A stretch of DNA of 64,000 bases. It comes from Podarcis muralis. Its lineage: Eukaryota. The position numbers were made by a program, and so were the translations under genes. The stretch is from positions 8,308,001 through 8,372,000 of the forward strand of contig NC_135673.1 in NCBI RefSeq assembly GCF_964188315.1, in the 5' to 3' direction. Under the pieces are notes generated by a model that searched no databases, had not been told where the DNA came from, and worked only from the letters and a program-made list of their open reading frames with translations. This document shows positions 50,869-62,409 of the stretch, in pieces; position 1 is the stretch's first letter, and every line of letters starts with the position of its first letter.

Positions 50869-50984
50869 ATTTGCCCGCTCCAGATGGCTTGAAGTTCAAG
50901 TCTATTAAAGAGACATCAGTGGAGGTGGAGTGGGACCCCCTGGACATCCCATTCAGTGGATGGGAGATTGTTTTTAACAGCCTG
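50869..50984 (+). CDS. TNC: Tenascin-C exon 5: FNIII domain 2, first half
   Basis: TTCCAG|AT..CTG|GTAAGG; 116 nt; [38 protein letters not shown]. Confidence 0.96.
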
Positions 50985-51087
50985 GTAAGGAAAGATATGT
51001 CCTATGAGTGGGTCCCTTGTGATGTGAATGGTCCTGGTTACATTTCTTGCTTCTTTAAATTCCAATTGTTTAACTTATGCATTGCAG

Positions 51088-51244
51088 AAGGAGGAAGACA
51101 ATGTGGGAATCAGGAACAGTCTAAAGAAGCCTCAAACATCGTATTTGCAACCAGGCTTGGCACCAGGACAACAATATAATGTGTCTCTTTATGTTGTGAA
51201 GAATCAAACCAGAGGACCTGGCCTCTCCAGGGTAATAACAACAA
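51088..51244 (+). CDS. TNC: Tenascin-C exon 6: FNIII domain 2, second half
   Basis: TTGCAG|AAG..ACAA|GTAAGT; 157 nt; [52 protein letters not shown]; follows a 103-nt intron. Confidence 0.96.
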
Positions 51245-52027
51245 GTAAGTAGCAACTGAATGTGACCAGCCTCTAGGTGACTGTGCCAGTTATTAGTCTG
51301 ACCGATTTAGTGAGTTGCTGCTCTTGTTTGTTGCGGGAAGAAAATAGATACCCTGGGAAGGTGAGCAAGCAGCAATGCTGAGAGAAAGCTAGAATGGATG
51401 GCATTTGCAGTGGATGACTGTAGCAACTGTCAAAACTGATGGTTGCTGCAATCTTCAAGAGGCTTCTCACCAAACAAAGGATGAGCAAGGTCATCAACAA
51501 AAGCATAATGAAGTACTCTATATCCAAACCACAAGCATTATCACTGGAGAACATTTTAACACTAAAGACTACTTAGTTGATTTGAATCTATTTTTCCCAA
51601 TAGAGGCTGCAATTGCAGAATACTGAAAAATCAGTGCTCTTTCTATAGTGAGAAAATGAGATGCCAAGGTCTGACAGCAAACACTAGAGCCTGTGCTGTG
51701 AAAGGGAAGGGAGAAAGCAAACCAGTCAAACCAGCCTCTTCCTCTTAACTTCCACTGCTGGGAAAGGGCCCATGCAACAAGAGCTCCTTCTTCTCACCAG
51801 ACACCCTGCCCCTCAACTGCTGCAGAACACTCCAGATAGCCCAACCCAACCTTGGGCAATATGAGACTGTCTTTATCTGACTCAGTCAAAGCCTTAGCCT
51901 GCCCAAAAGCAGTTCATTTTAGGATTCAGGAGTTGGATAACTGGTGTATAATCTCATTTAAAGGGCTTGTTACATTTTATGTGCTCATTGGTGTCTTCTG
52001 CGCAGCAACGTTTCAAGCTGGGGGACT

Positions 52028-52400
52028 TAGAATTACAGAATCATAGAACTGTAGGGCTGGGAGGGACATAAATGGTCATCTTGTCCAACCCCCTACAACA
52101 CAAGAATCATATCTAAGGATTCATTGACAGATAGCCATCCAAACTCTGTTTGAAAACCTCAAATGAAGGAGAGTCCATGACTTCCCAAGGTAGTCCATTC
52201 CATTGTCAAACAGCCCTTACCACCAGAACTTTATTCCTAATGTTTAGTCAGATTCTCCTTTCTTGTAATATGAATCCATTTGTTCAGATCCAACCCTCTG
52301 GAGCACCAGAAAACAAGCTTGGTCCATCTACCGTGGTACAGACCTTCAAATATTTGAAGATGGCTATCGTTTCACCTCTCAGTCTTTTCTTTCTGAACAT
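52028..52400 (-). mobile_element. CR1 LINE 3' fragment
   Basis: AGAATCATAGAA tail; CCTTCAAATATTTGAAGATGGCTATC matches the CR1 end at ~30970. Confidence 0.8.
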
Positions 52401-52758
52401 ACCCATCTCCCTCCCAGCTCCTCAAGTCTTTCCTGATCCTCTGGGGAATCTCTGGTCCACCCATTGGTCATGTTTCACCTGTTGGTCAGGAATCTCCTTA
52501 GAACTCAGGGAACAAGATGAGGGATCTGGTCCCAGTAGGTCCACATGGGAAGAACCAAGCCTCCTCCTTGGAACTCCTGTGGTAGGACCATGTGGCACAT
52601 GAGGATTCTTGGTCTGGGGCATGACAGCCAAGGAGCAAGTCATGGGAGTTGAAGCCTTTCTCACATGTCCTCCCTCCTCACCTCCACAGTGTAATGGGCA
52701 GCAATTGGAAAGATAATTTGCTTCTCAGAACTGCAGTCACCTAACCTCTCACATAGGT

Positions 52759-53569
52759 GGGACGCGGGTGGCGCTGCAAGTTAAACCATAGAGCCTAGGG
52801 CTTGCTGATCGAAAGGTCGGCAGTTCGAATCCCCCCAACTGGGTGAGCTCCCGTTGCTCAGTCCCTGCTCCTGCCAACCTAGCAGTTCAAAAGCACGTCA
52901 AAGTGCAATAAAATAAATAGATACCGCTCCGGCAGGAAGGTAAATGGCGTTTCCATGCACTGTTCTGGTTTGCCAGAAGTGGCTTAGTCATGCTGTCCAC
53001 ATGACCTGGAAGCTGTACGCTGGCTCCCTTGGCCAATAAAGCGAGAGCGCCACAACCCCATGTTCAGTTTCTGTTAATTGATTCTCATGGGAAACTTGCA
53101 GATTCTGGCTTCACACAATTAACTTAAGGCAGTGTCAATTTATTCTTGGCAGAAAGCCCAGGTCTGCTTGACCTAGAAACTACTTACTCTGATTGGTTAA
53201 CGACCAGCACTCAACTCTGTTATCTAGGGATTGCTAGCACAGTTTGATGTGAGGTGTGTTAGGAGTTGGAGTAGAAGTGCTGTGTATGGTTTTGAGAGAG
53301 AGAGAAAGAGAGGATTTATTTTGCTTTTATTTGTATGCAGAAACTCTGCTGGTTTTATTTTTTTTCCTTTTTAATAAATCCTCTAAATAGTTATTCTGAG
53401 TCTAGCTGACTAGTCATTACCGCCGCAACTAGCTTCCTCGCTGTGCAGGAAAACTCTGCTACGTTTGGGCTAAAGCCAATAGGGCTATGCCTGACACTTC
53501 AAAGTTCCATGACCCCAGAGTCGTCCACGACTGGACCTAACAGTCAGGGGTCCCTTTAACTTTACCTTT
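52759..53569 (+). mobile_element. Sauria SINE, subfamily A, interrupted by a 451-bp insert (53061-53511)
   Basis: 15-bp TSD TAACCTCTCACATAG (52742-52756, 53569-53583); the SINE resumes at ACCCCAGAGTC at 53512. Confidence 0.9.
53061..53511. mobile_element. Unclassified solo-LTR-like insert
   Basis: Flanked by duplicated ACCCCA; starts TG; contains ATTGG, (GA)n and AATAAA; interrupts a Sauria SINE. Confidence 0.5.
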
Positions 53570-54298
53570 AACCTCTCACATAGTGTGGGCTGCATCTAAC
53601 CGGATGGCTACTCATTTCATAGTGGGGAGGGGGCCTAATTGAAAGGCAAGGCCTGGGGGCCCACTGACAGCCTCCTTCCAGATGCCCCACAAGAACTGGG
53701 AGCCAACACTGTTGGAGAGACTAGTAACATAATATTGACACACATTGGGATAGGAAAAGTAAGAGTACAATGGAACTGTGGAGGATGTAGAGCCATCCGT
53801 TGAAAAAAACTATCTCTCTGCATTTCTGTTGGGTCACCTTCCTGCTGTGTCTAGATTCTTACAGCAGTAAAGAGGAACAATAAAGGCACTTTATGTCACT
53901 GCAGTTCTCATTGCTGCTGCAAAAAGCATATGGATGTCCCCAGAGGGTTAGTGAGTGGGCAGCAGTACTGAAGCGGGGAGGGGGGGCTCTCTGCATGTGC
54001 CTGTAGCAACTGTCAGATTGAATAGCTGCTCACCACATGGGGAAAACATTTTATCAAGTTTTATATGTTTTATTAGATACAGAGAAAATTAGAAAATGTG
54101 GTAACTAATTAATTAATTAAATGAAAATGAAGACTGTTTTGAGATGGAGTTGTATGGTCTCTGCACACCCCCACCCCAGAGAATTTTTGCAATTCATTCA
54201 GATTTATTTTTGCACCCTTTAAAAAGCCTATTCATGAAGGAGTTGTATGGTATCCAAATATTCTAAATCCCTGTCTCATCCTTTTTGGTACTCAACAG

Positions 54299-54568
54299 AG
54301 CTTGATGCCCCCAGCCAGATTGAGGCAAATGATGTTACAGACACTACAGCACTGATCACATGGTTTAAACCATTGGCTGAGATTGATGGTGTTGAGCTGA
54401 CTTTTGGGCCCAAGGATGTCCCTGGGGACCGAACAACCATCGACCTCTCGAAGGATGATAGCCAATACTCTATTGGGAATCTGAAACCACACACCGAATA
54501 TGAGGTGACACTAGTGTCCCGACGTGGGGATATGGAGAGTGACCCTGTTACGGAAACCTTTGTCACAG
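54299..54568 (+). CDS. TNC: Tenascin-C exon 7: FNIII domain 3 with AEIDG and RGD integrin motifs
   Basis: CAACAG|AG..ACAG|GTAAGA; 270 nt; [33 protein letters not shown]...[11 protein letters not shown]. Confidence 0.98.
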
Positions 54569-54592
54569 GTAAGAAGTGGTCAGAGTTCTCCT

Positions 54593-54631
54593 TCCTACTT
54601 ACCTACCTACCTACCTACCTACCTACCTACC
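54593..54631. repeat. (CTAC)n microsatellite just downstream of the exon 7 donor
   Basis: Direct inspection. Confidence 0.9.
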
Positions 54632-56119
54632 ATTGTTTCCAGTGTGGCAGCAATGGATGCAATGGTGTCCTTGAATTATAACTTTGGTGCCAATAGACCC
54701 ACTGAGCTCCCTCTCACTCAATGCCCTTTTAGTCATGAGGTGGTGAGGAATTTACTTTTTTTAATCCCTTGAGAACTGCATAGAACTGGGGGAGGAAGTT
54801 GGAAGACAGACACACTTTCCCACTTCCCTTTTCAGCTCTACGTGCTTGTCAGGTCTTGTATTAATTGTACTGGATCTGACTTTCTCCCAGATCACTTGGC
54901 AAAGCAAAGTGTATGATCAGAGCAAACTGGCAAACCATAAGCTGCAAGTTGGGACCAGGCTGGTCTTCTCTTGCTGGAGTTCTTGCCTGAATAGCAGCTG
55001 ATGACTTTTGCTCCTTTGGCCAATGGTTGGGACCAGAGTGTTCTTTTCCATTACCTGCTTCTACAGTTCCAGTTCAAGAACTCCAACAGGTAGTTGGAGC
55101 AGGGTGTTCTTTTCTGGCAAAGCAGCAGCAGCTGCTTCAGCCAATGGATGGGTCCAGGCTAGTCTCTTTCTTGCCTTGATGTTCTTCCTGGGAGACAGGT
55201 GGAGCAGCCCCCCAGTGGGCCTTGGTCTATTGGCTGATTGCAGAGGCCAGTGCGTGTTGCCCTTGAGCTCTGCAAGCTCAGAGCAGACTTCTACTATGCA
55301 CCAAATCCATTACTTTTAAAACTATCTACTTTCGGAGAATTAATTCAATCCTTTTTTTACTTTTCTTACTACAAATACCTGCCTTGGAACCATGGTGCAC
55401 TGCAGAACATTATGGCGCAATCCACGGGGCACATTCAGTGGACTAGTTACGCCTTTGAGCATCACTATTGCTCCACATGAACTGCAGATGTGCACCAAAG
55501 CTCACCCAAAGTGCAACTGCAGACACACTTCTCTAGAAATGCTTGGGAGTACTGGGAACACTGGTGTGCCACCACACTGAGGAATCTCTTGAGAATCTTC
55601 TGAGGAACAGCAGGGCACCCTGGGATTTAATCCAGAAACCGCTGCTCTATCACAAGGGTGGGGAACTTGTAGTCCTGCAGTCTGCAGATGTTGCTGAATG
55701 CCAATCCTTTTCAGTACCAACCAGCATGGCTAATGGTTAGTGTTCACTGGGATTGTAGTGTAGCAACACTTGAAGGGCTACAGGTTTCCTATCTATGCTG
55801 ACATACCAAGGTTGAAAGTATTGGGTTGTATCCAACTAGGTTCTACTCAAGGTAGACCCATTGAAATGAATGAACCTGTTAGTCATGTCCATTAATGCCA
55901 ATGAGTCTACTGTGAATAGGCTTGGCATTGGGCAGAAACTGTTATGCTGCTGGAAAGAGATAGTTCATAAATGCTGAACCAAATCTGAACAGAGCAGAAG
56001 GAAGTTTGCCCATAACTAATGGGGAACATGTCCTAACATTTGTTAAGCCCAAAGCTTCCCCTGCAGTTCTGCATACACAAACTTTGCTAACAGTTAACCA
56101 CCTTCCTTCTTCTGCCCAG

Positions 56120-56305
56120 AACTGGATGCTCCCAAAAATCTGAAGCACCTGTCTCAGACAGACAGCACCATCACCCTGGAATGGAAGAACAGCCAAGCAA
56201 CACCAGAAGCTTACAGAATTAAGTATGCCCCCATTTCTGGTGGAGATCATGCTGAAGTCACAGTACCCAGAAGTGACCAAGCCACAACCAAAGCTACACT
56301 CACAG
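56120..56305 (+). CDS. TNC: Tenascin-C exon 8: FNIII domain 4, first part
   Basis: GCCCAG|AA..ACAG|GTATGG; 186 nt; [23 protein letters not shown]...[27 protein letters not shown]. Absent from the ORF track; translated by hand. Confidence 0.95.
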
Positions 56306-56720
56306 GTATGGTTCACCTGAAAGGTAGTCAAGTTACTGTTGGACCAAATGTCTATATAAGTTGCATGGCCTCAAGCTTGAATTGCATTCTTAAGACTACA
56401 AATCTTATCATGCAGGGCTAGTTATAAGACTACAAATCCTATCATGCTGTGGCATTCACAAGTTCTTAATCTTTTTTATTAAATAAAAGAGGGGGACACC
56501 TTTTTGACTGACACAGAGATGGCAAAACATATATGTTTAATATAAAAGATAAATAATTGCACTTTTAAAATCTTCACAACTAAGGTTTTATTCCTATGAA
56601 AATGTATACTTGTTTAATATATTAATTGATTGGTTTAAGAACATATAATTAATTGAAACTTCTTTAATCAAATGGCAACATGAATAAAGAGCTATTTCTG
56701 TTGTTGCTGTTGTTGTTTAG

Positions 56721-56810
56721 GTCTCAGGCCAGGAACAGAATATGGCATTGGAGTGACAGCTGTGAAGCAGGACAAAGAGAGCTCTCCTTCCACTATTAAT
56801 GCTGGAACTG
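56721..56810 (+). CDS. TNC: Tenascin-C exon 9: FNIII domain 4, second part
   Basis: GTTTAG|GT..ACTG|GTAGGA; 90 nt; [29 protein letters not shown]. Confidence 0.95.
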
Positions 56811-57804
56811 GTAGGAAAATGTCTCATCTTCTTTATAACAGGAAACAAATTGCCTGCCAGGAACCCCGGGGCTGTGGATTGTATGTGTAGCCAGGATTCA
56901 GTGCCCTCTTCAGACATAGAAAGGAATAGCAGCAGTGATCGACTAGCAGTACAAAGCCTTTGTATTGTCCAGATTCAATATAAATACTTTCTCCATCTTT
57001 CCCAGCTTAAGATACTGATGCCTGGGTTCCTGAGCCACAGAATACATTATGCAGGTCTCGATTCAAGTATTGTCACCCAGGGCTGCAGCCTGACCCTGAC
57101 AGTCTCCATTAAACATTCAGCATTACAGGAGTAATGAAGCTTTTCCAGCTCAAGGGATGCTTCCCCTCAGGGGCATCCCTTTTAGAGATGCACGCCAGTA
57201 GTGGGTGTGGCCAGAGGCAAAAAGTGGGCAAAGCAAAGGATGGGATTCTAACCTTGGTAAGCTAGGCTCCATTCCAGCTTTGCAGAAGTGAGAGGTTTCT
57301 AAACACATACCTTTCATCATCCTCCATCAAGGGAAGAAAGGGTAATAATCACAATTCAATGTCATATACGATTCAGGCAAAAGCACTTGAAAAAGTCACA
57401 GGGCAGTGCTGCTGAGAGACGGGCATTGGTGAGAAGGTGTGGTCCTGTGGGCTGGATAGAGAGGCTTGGAGGGCCACATTTGGCCCCTGGGCCCTAGAAA
57501 AATAAGGGGAGCCAGTAAAAACGGGAACCATTATAAGTATTATTATCATTTATTTTTTCTCTAATGGGCTGTCAGTTAGTGAGACCATCACCATAGCCCA
57601 CTTAAACCGGGACTTGGGTGTATAGTTGGGGTTCCCTTCTTGTGATATTGGTTTCCAAAGCTGGTAGGCAGACCTCTTTGAAACCCACATTTTCCCCATT
57701 TGTATGTAACCCTAAGCCAAACAGTGGTATGGTACAAATAAGCAAATGTGCAGGCTTCCAGAGAGGAGATCATGGCTGCCTTATGCCTCACTGCTCACTT
57801 TGCT

Positions 57805-58000
57805 GCTATGCTTAGCTAAACTGTGGTTTGGCTTAGAGGGTCATTCAAACCTGGGCTTGTGCTTTAACTCTCTCCACAAGCTGTAAACTCTAGAGCAAAC
57901 CTGTAGGAGCTCATGGTCTGTTTGGAGAGAGCTAAATCCTGGCTCAAAGCTTGGATGACATACTGAGCCAAACCATGGTTTAGTTTGGCACAGCACAGCA
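57805..58000. mobile_element. Palindromic MITE-like repeat (AAACCATGGTTT family); intact counterpart of the outer element at 20431-22894
   Basis: Its reverse complement aligns with 20431-20534 joined to 22814-22894. Confidence 0.6.
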
Positions 58001-59351
58001 CCAAAATGGCTGGGGAGAAGCAAATTGGCTTCATTCTCCTGTCAGGGAGCCTACGTGTTTGCTTATTGCATACAAACCAGGCCAGTGTTTTTGTTGGATG
58101 CAGTGTGCATTCACATAGGAAGTGCTGAATTACCTTGGGCACCAGGTGAATGAACATTCAGAATATCCCACATACTTTCACAAATGATTTTTCTGCACTC
58201 TTAAGAGTACAACTCACATGATCTAGATTAGAACCAACACCTTTCTCAATACAGAGGGGACTACAGAGCACAAAGCTCCCAGGACTGAACTAGACCAGTG
58301 ATTTCAAAAAATGGATAAATATCGTGCCAACGTTCTGCGGATATATGTACATTTCAAAATTGCAGAGAGAGCTTGCTAGGCTCTGTCATGCATAAAGCCA
58401 CGTAAATTTGGAGCACACTGCACTCTTTCCTCCTGTATCAGCAAATTTCTAACTGGCACTCTGCCTGTCCTGGAATAGAGAGGGGAGTCAGAAAACTGGT
58501 ATGTGGGTAGGGCTGTTTTACCTCCCTCTTGAAGCCACTTCTGAAGAGGACATTGGCATGGACTAAAAAGTTTCTTTCAAATCACTAATAGTGGTGGTCA
58601 ACCAGTGGTTGTCACTAGGCCAGGTCTGAACTGCAGGCTATCTGCTCACCACTGTATCTTATATCGGGAAATGTGTCCCAAAAGTGCGTAGAAAATTGCA
58701 GCCAGGCAACAGGATCTGTCTGAGGGTTTGCAGAGGCAACGCTGTTTGAGCAACTAACAACTTCATCATAGGGCAGGGATGGGGAACCCTTTTCAGCCTG
58801 AGGGCCACATTCCCTTCTGAGCAACCTTTTGAGGGCCACAGGTCTATGGAGTCGGGGCCAGATGCAGAAGTGTGTTGAACAGCAAATGTAAATGCCACCA
58901 TTATACAGTTTCTAGTTTCACTGCATGGGCCTGGATACCTGGCCACAATGCTGCCCACCACAGAAGGTGAGAGGACTTGTAACATGCTGCTCACTTTGTG
59001 TGGGGGGGGTATCTGTACCCAACATGCATTACATTTTTTGCTTCCACACCCCTGCAACCCCCACAACCCTTTCGCAACCCTTTCAGTAATATAGGATGAA
59101 ACATCTCTTAAGCAATACAGTGCCAAATGTTTGGGAATTATCCAATAACAGTTCTCAGTAGAAGGAGACTCAACGTCTCTCTGCACTTTTTACACAGCTT
59201 GTAGTCCAGAAGAACAGGATCAACAGAATATACTGCTCCAGCTCCACCCAAACACAATTGTTCATTAACTGAGTCTTGTTAAATCGATTGGTCTACATGA
59301 CCCAAAATGGTCCCCCAACTCTACAATTCTCTTATTTCTCTTTGCACACAG

Positions 59352-59615
59352 ATCTGGATCGTCCCAAGGACTTGGAAATCACTGATCCTACCGAGACAAC
59401 TCTCACTTTGCGGTGGAAAATACCCCGGGCTAAAATTGACCGCTATCGCCTTACTTACATGACCCCTGATGGGAGGAAGAATGAAATGGAGATTCCTGCC
59501 GATAGCACGTCTCACATCCTAAGGTCCCTAGATGCTGGGACAGAGTACACCATCAACCTTGTGGCAGAGAAGGGCAGGCACAAGAGCAAGCCTGCAACAG
59601 TGGTTGGCTCTACTG
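59352..59615 (+). CDS. TNC: Tenascin-C exon 10: FNIII domain 5; gene continues beyond the window
   Basis: ACACAG|AT..ACTG|GTACGT; 264 nt; LDRPKDLEITDPTETTLTLRW...LDAGTEYTINLVAEKGRHKSKPATVVGST. Confidence 0.96.
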
Positions 59616-60285
59616 GTACGTGCCTTTGTGTTTGCATCTCCCCAAACAGGTTCTTGGATTGCACAATGGTTTCCAGCCCATGGCTGAGGGCCTGAAGCCA
59701 ATAGCCCCTTGTACACTGACCCTTTGGCTCTGACACTTCAGTTCATGCCTCCATCCAAATTGTAGGCTTAAATTCCTAAGGGGTGTGGGTACAGCAGACA
59801 AAAAAAAGATAGGCAGCCCATAATATGCCTTTTCTGCAATCAGCCCCACTTCCCTCTTGCTCCAGCTTATGTTTGCATCATTTTAATGTTTCAAGAGTTC
59901 CAGTGGTCAGGCACATGAGCAGCAAATGTGCTTTGACCCCAAAGATGAGCCCTGTAATATGCCTCTTTTGCAAAGGATGGAACCAGGACACTGTGCGGTT
60001 ATTTGCATGGTGATGTAAGTTGCCACATTAAATAATCTTCTAGATTGACTTGGGACAGGTTAGGGACAGACTGAACCTTAGCCCTATTCACACCTTAAAA
60101 GCAACTTTAAATAACCACTTTAAAAACAATCTGGGAACTGTAATTCATAATGGGTGCTGACAGTTGTTAGGAGACCCCCTAGTTCCCTTGCAGAGCTACA
60201 GCTTCTAGAGTGGTCTAACAATCAACCTCTCTTCACTGGGAAGTCTGGGACTGGTAGCTTTGGGGGAAGCTATGACTGTTTAACA

Positions 60286-60650
60286 GGGACGCGGGTGGCG
60301 CTGTGGGTAAAAGCCTCAGTGCCTAGGGCTTGCCAATCGAAAAGTCGGCGGTTTGAATCCCCGCGGCGGGGTGTGCTCCCGTTGCTCGGTCCCAGCGCCT
60401 GCCAACCTAGCAGTTCGAAAGCACCCCCGGGTGCAAGTAGATAAATAGGGACCGCTTACTAGCGGGAAGGTAAACGGTGTTCCGTGTGCTGCGCTGGCTC
60501 GCCAGATGCAGCTTTGTCACGCTGGCCACGTGACCCGGAAAGTGTCTCCAGACAGCGCTGGCCCCCGGCCTCTTGAGTGAGATGGGCGCACAACCCCAGA
60601 GTCTGTCAAGACTGGCCCATACGGGCAGGGGTACCTTTACCTTTACCTTT
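60286..60650 (+). mobile_element. Sauria SINE, subfamily B, full length, inserted in a MITE
   Basis: 15-bp TSD TATGACTGTTTAACA (60271-60285, 60651-60665); the host repeat (~60080-60705) also has relatives at ~25930-26300. Confidence 0.93.
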
Positions 60651-61469
60651 TATGACTGTTTAACATGGTGCTATAGTGCTTTAAATGTATGGTGTGAATA
60701 TGGCCCTTGTCATGCAAAAGCTCATTCCCTGGGAGAGAAACCATCAAAGGCACAAGTTTACATCTGATTAATGCTTGCAGCCATAAATATGATAACAGCA
60801 TCTTCTTTCTAGGAAAGAACTTTTCAGGTATGAGTTTCCCAGCCAGCTATTCCAAGTCTTTAGCTCCAGTTTTGGTGGTCTGTGCAGCTAAATAAGTAAC
60901 AAGATCAAAGTTTCATTCTGTACATATTTACAAGATGTGCATTGATATTCAGATTAGTGTCTGGATGTTAATGAAATCCCCATTGTTCCTTTTATGTTTC
61001 AGCAATAAAAAATAGAGTTCTTTGATGGGGGGGGGGGCTGGCATGGGCAGCTCATTGACACCATATGGAAGGTTTATTCTTCACCTCTATAGTCCCATCT
61101 GGTTTTGAGAACCCAGGACAGTGAAATGCAGATGTTCCCCAAATTAGCACATGCTCCACATTTCCCCCATTTAGGTATTGAGTACTTAGGGACCACAAGG
61201 AAGGGAAAGGGCTTTCTTTTAGATTCTCATATCCAATACTGATCATTTGAAAATTTCAAGGCAGACAGTTTCTTTTAACCATCTGCCAAGGCAAAACTCT
61301 AAAAAATGCACATGCTATAAATAACTGGAATCTCTCTGCATGAAATAAATTATTGGTCTATTGTGGATAGGGATGGTGGGAAGGTATTCATTGCTCTCAT
61401 CTTGCCTAGTTTTATCTGTCAACTTCTATATGAGGAAGGTCCAGATTCTGAGGGGTATTCCCATTCCTG

Positions 61470-61950
61470 CTCAGTGGTAGGGCACCTGATTTGCATGCAG
61501 AAGACTGCAGATTCAACCCCTGGCGTCTCTAGCTAGCGCTGGGAGAGACTCCTGCCTGAAGTCCTGAACAGCCACTACCAGTGTAAACTATACAGAGCTA
61601 GACTGAGCAATTGTATAAGGCAGCTTCCTATCTTCCAGGGGAAAGGGCTGTAGCTCTGTGGTAGAGCACATGCTTTGCATGTAGAAATTCCCAGGTCCAA
61701 TCCCCCAGAATTTCCAGGTGGGGCTATAAGAAACTCTGGCCTGAAACCCTGGAGAACTGTTGCCAGTCAGTGAGTTGTATTGAACTGGGAGCACGCCCAT
61801 TTAGATCAAGGAATCCAAGTTAGTCATGCTCATTAATTACAGTAGGTCTACTCTGAATAGGACTTACATTGGTCACAACACTATGTAGACAATACTGAGT
61901 TAGATGGGCCAAAGGTCTGACACAGTAAAAGTCAGTTTCCTGTGTTCCAT
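61470..61950 (+). mobile_element. Cluster of an unclassified tRNA-derived SINE family (other copies ~4190-4315 +, 4360-4507 -, 19855-20035 -, 31465-31680 -, 43255-43379 -, 63590-63738 -)
   Basis: Recurrent GTAGCTCAGTGGTAGAGCA..TTTGCATGCAGAAGGTCCCAGGTTCAA..CCCTGGAGAGCTGCTGCCAGTCAGTGTAGACAATACTGAGCTAGATGGACC..AAGGCAGCTTCCTAT. Confidence 0.7.
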
Positions 61951-62133
61951 ATTCTTCTAGGGATTGTATAAACGAGGTCTGAGCAAAAGTTGTATAAACA
62001 AGTGAGCTCAGATGTCCAAATCTGGACATTTCTGGCATCAAAGCCTTAAACCCCCTAGGGTTTTCTTGTTTTTTATTTATCAGTGATCGTCAGCCCAGAG
62101 TTATTTCTTACCCACCCACCTCTTCCTGCTGGA

Positions 62134-62409
62134 CAGGGACGCCAACTATAGGGGGCTCTGGGTGACTGAGCACCCACACCGCAGGGCCCCTAACTCAACT
62201 TCCAGTGCCTTGTGAAGCACCGGAAGTCATGTCTGAGGCCTTGTGAGACCTCAGAGATGCTTTTCTAGGCCTTGTGAGGTCTCGGAACCTGACTTCCGGG
62301 TTCTGAGGCCGGGGGATGTGTTTGACGTCATGACATCACATCGCAACGTGACATCATGATGTTACATGCACTGGGCACCCATAACCTGGGGCCCAAGTTG
62401 GTTCCACTG
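62134..62409. mobile_element. hAT-type MITE with internal palindromes
   Basis: Imperfect TIRs CAGGGACGCCAACT / AGTTGGTTCCACTG; 8-bp TSD CTGCTGGA/CTGCTGGG. Confidence 0.7.

Noticed and set aside
61645-61720. tRNA-like sequence (GTAGCTCTGTGGTAGAGCA...GGTCCAATCCC); similar at 10424
   Set aside because: SINE heads with degenerate A/B boxes followed by repeat bodies, not intact cloverleaf tRNA genes.
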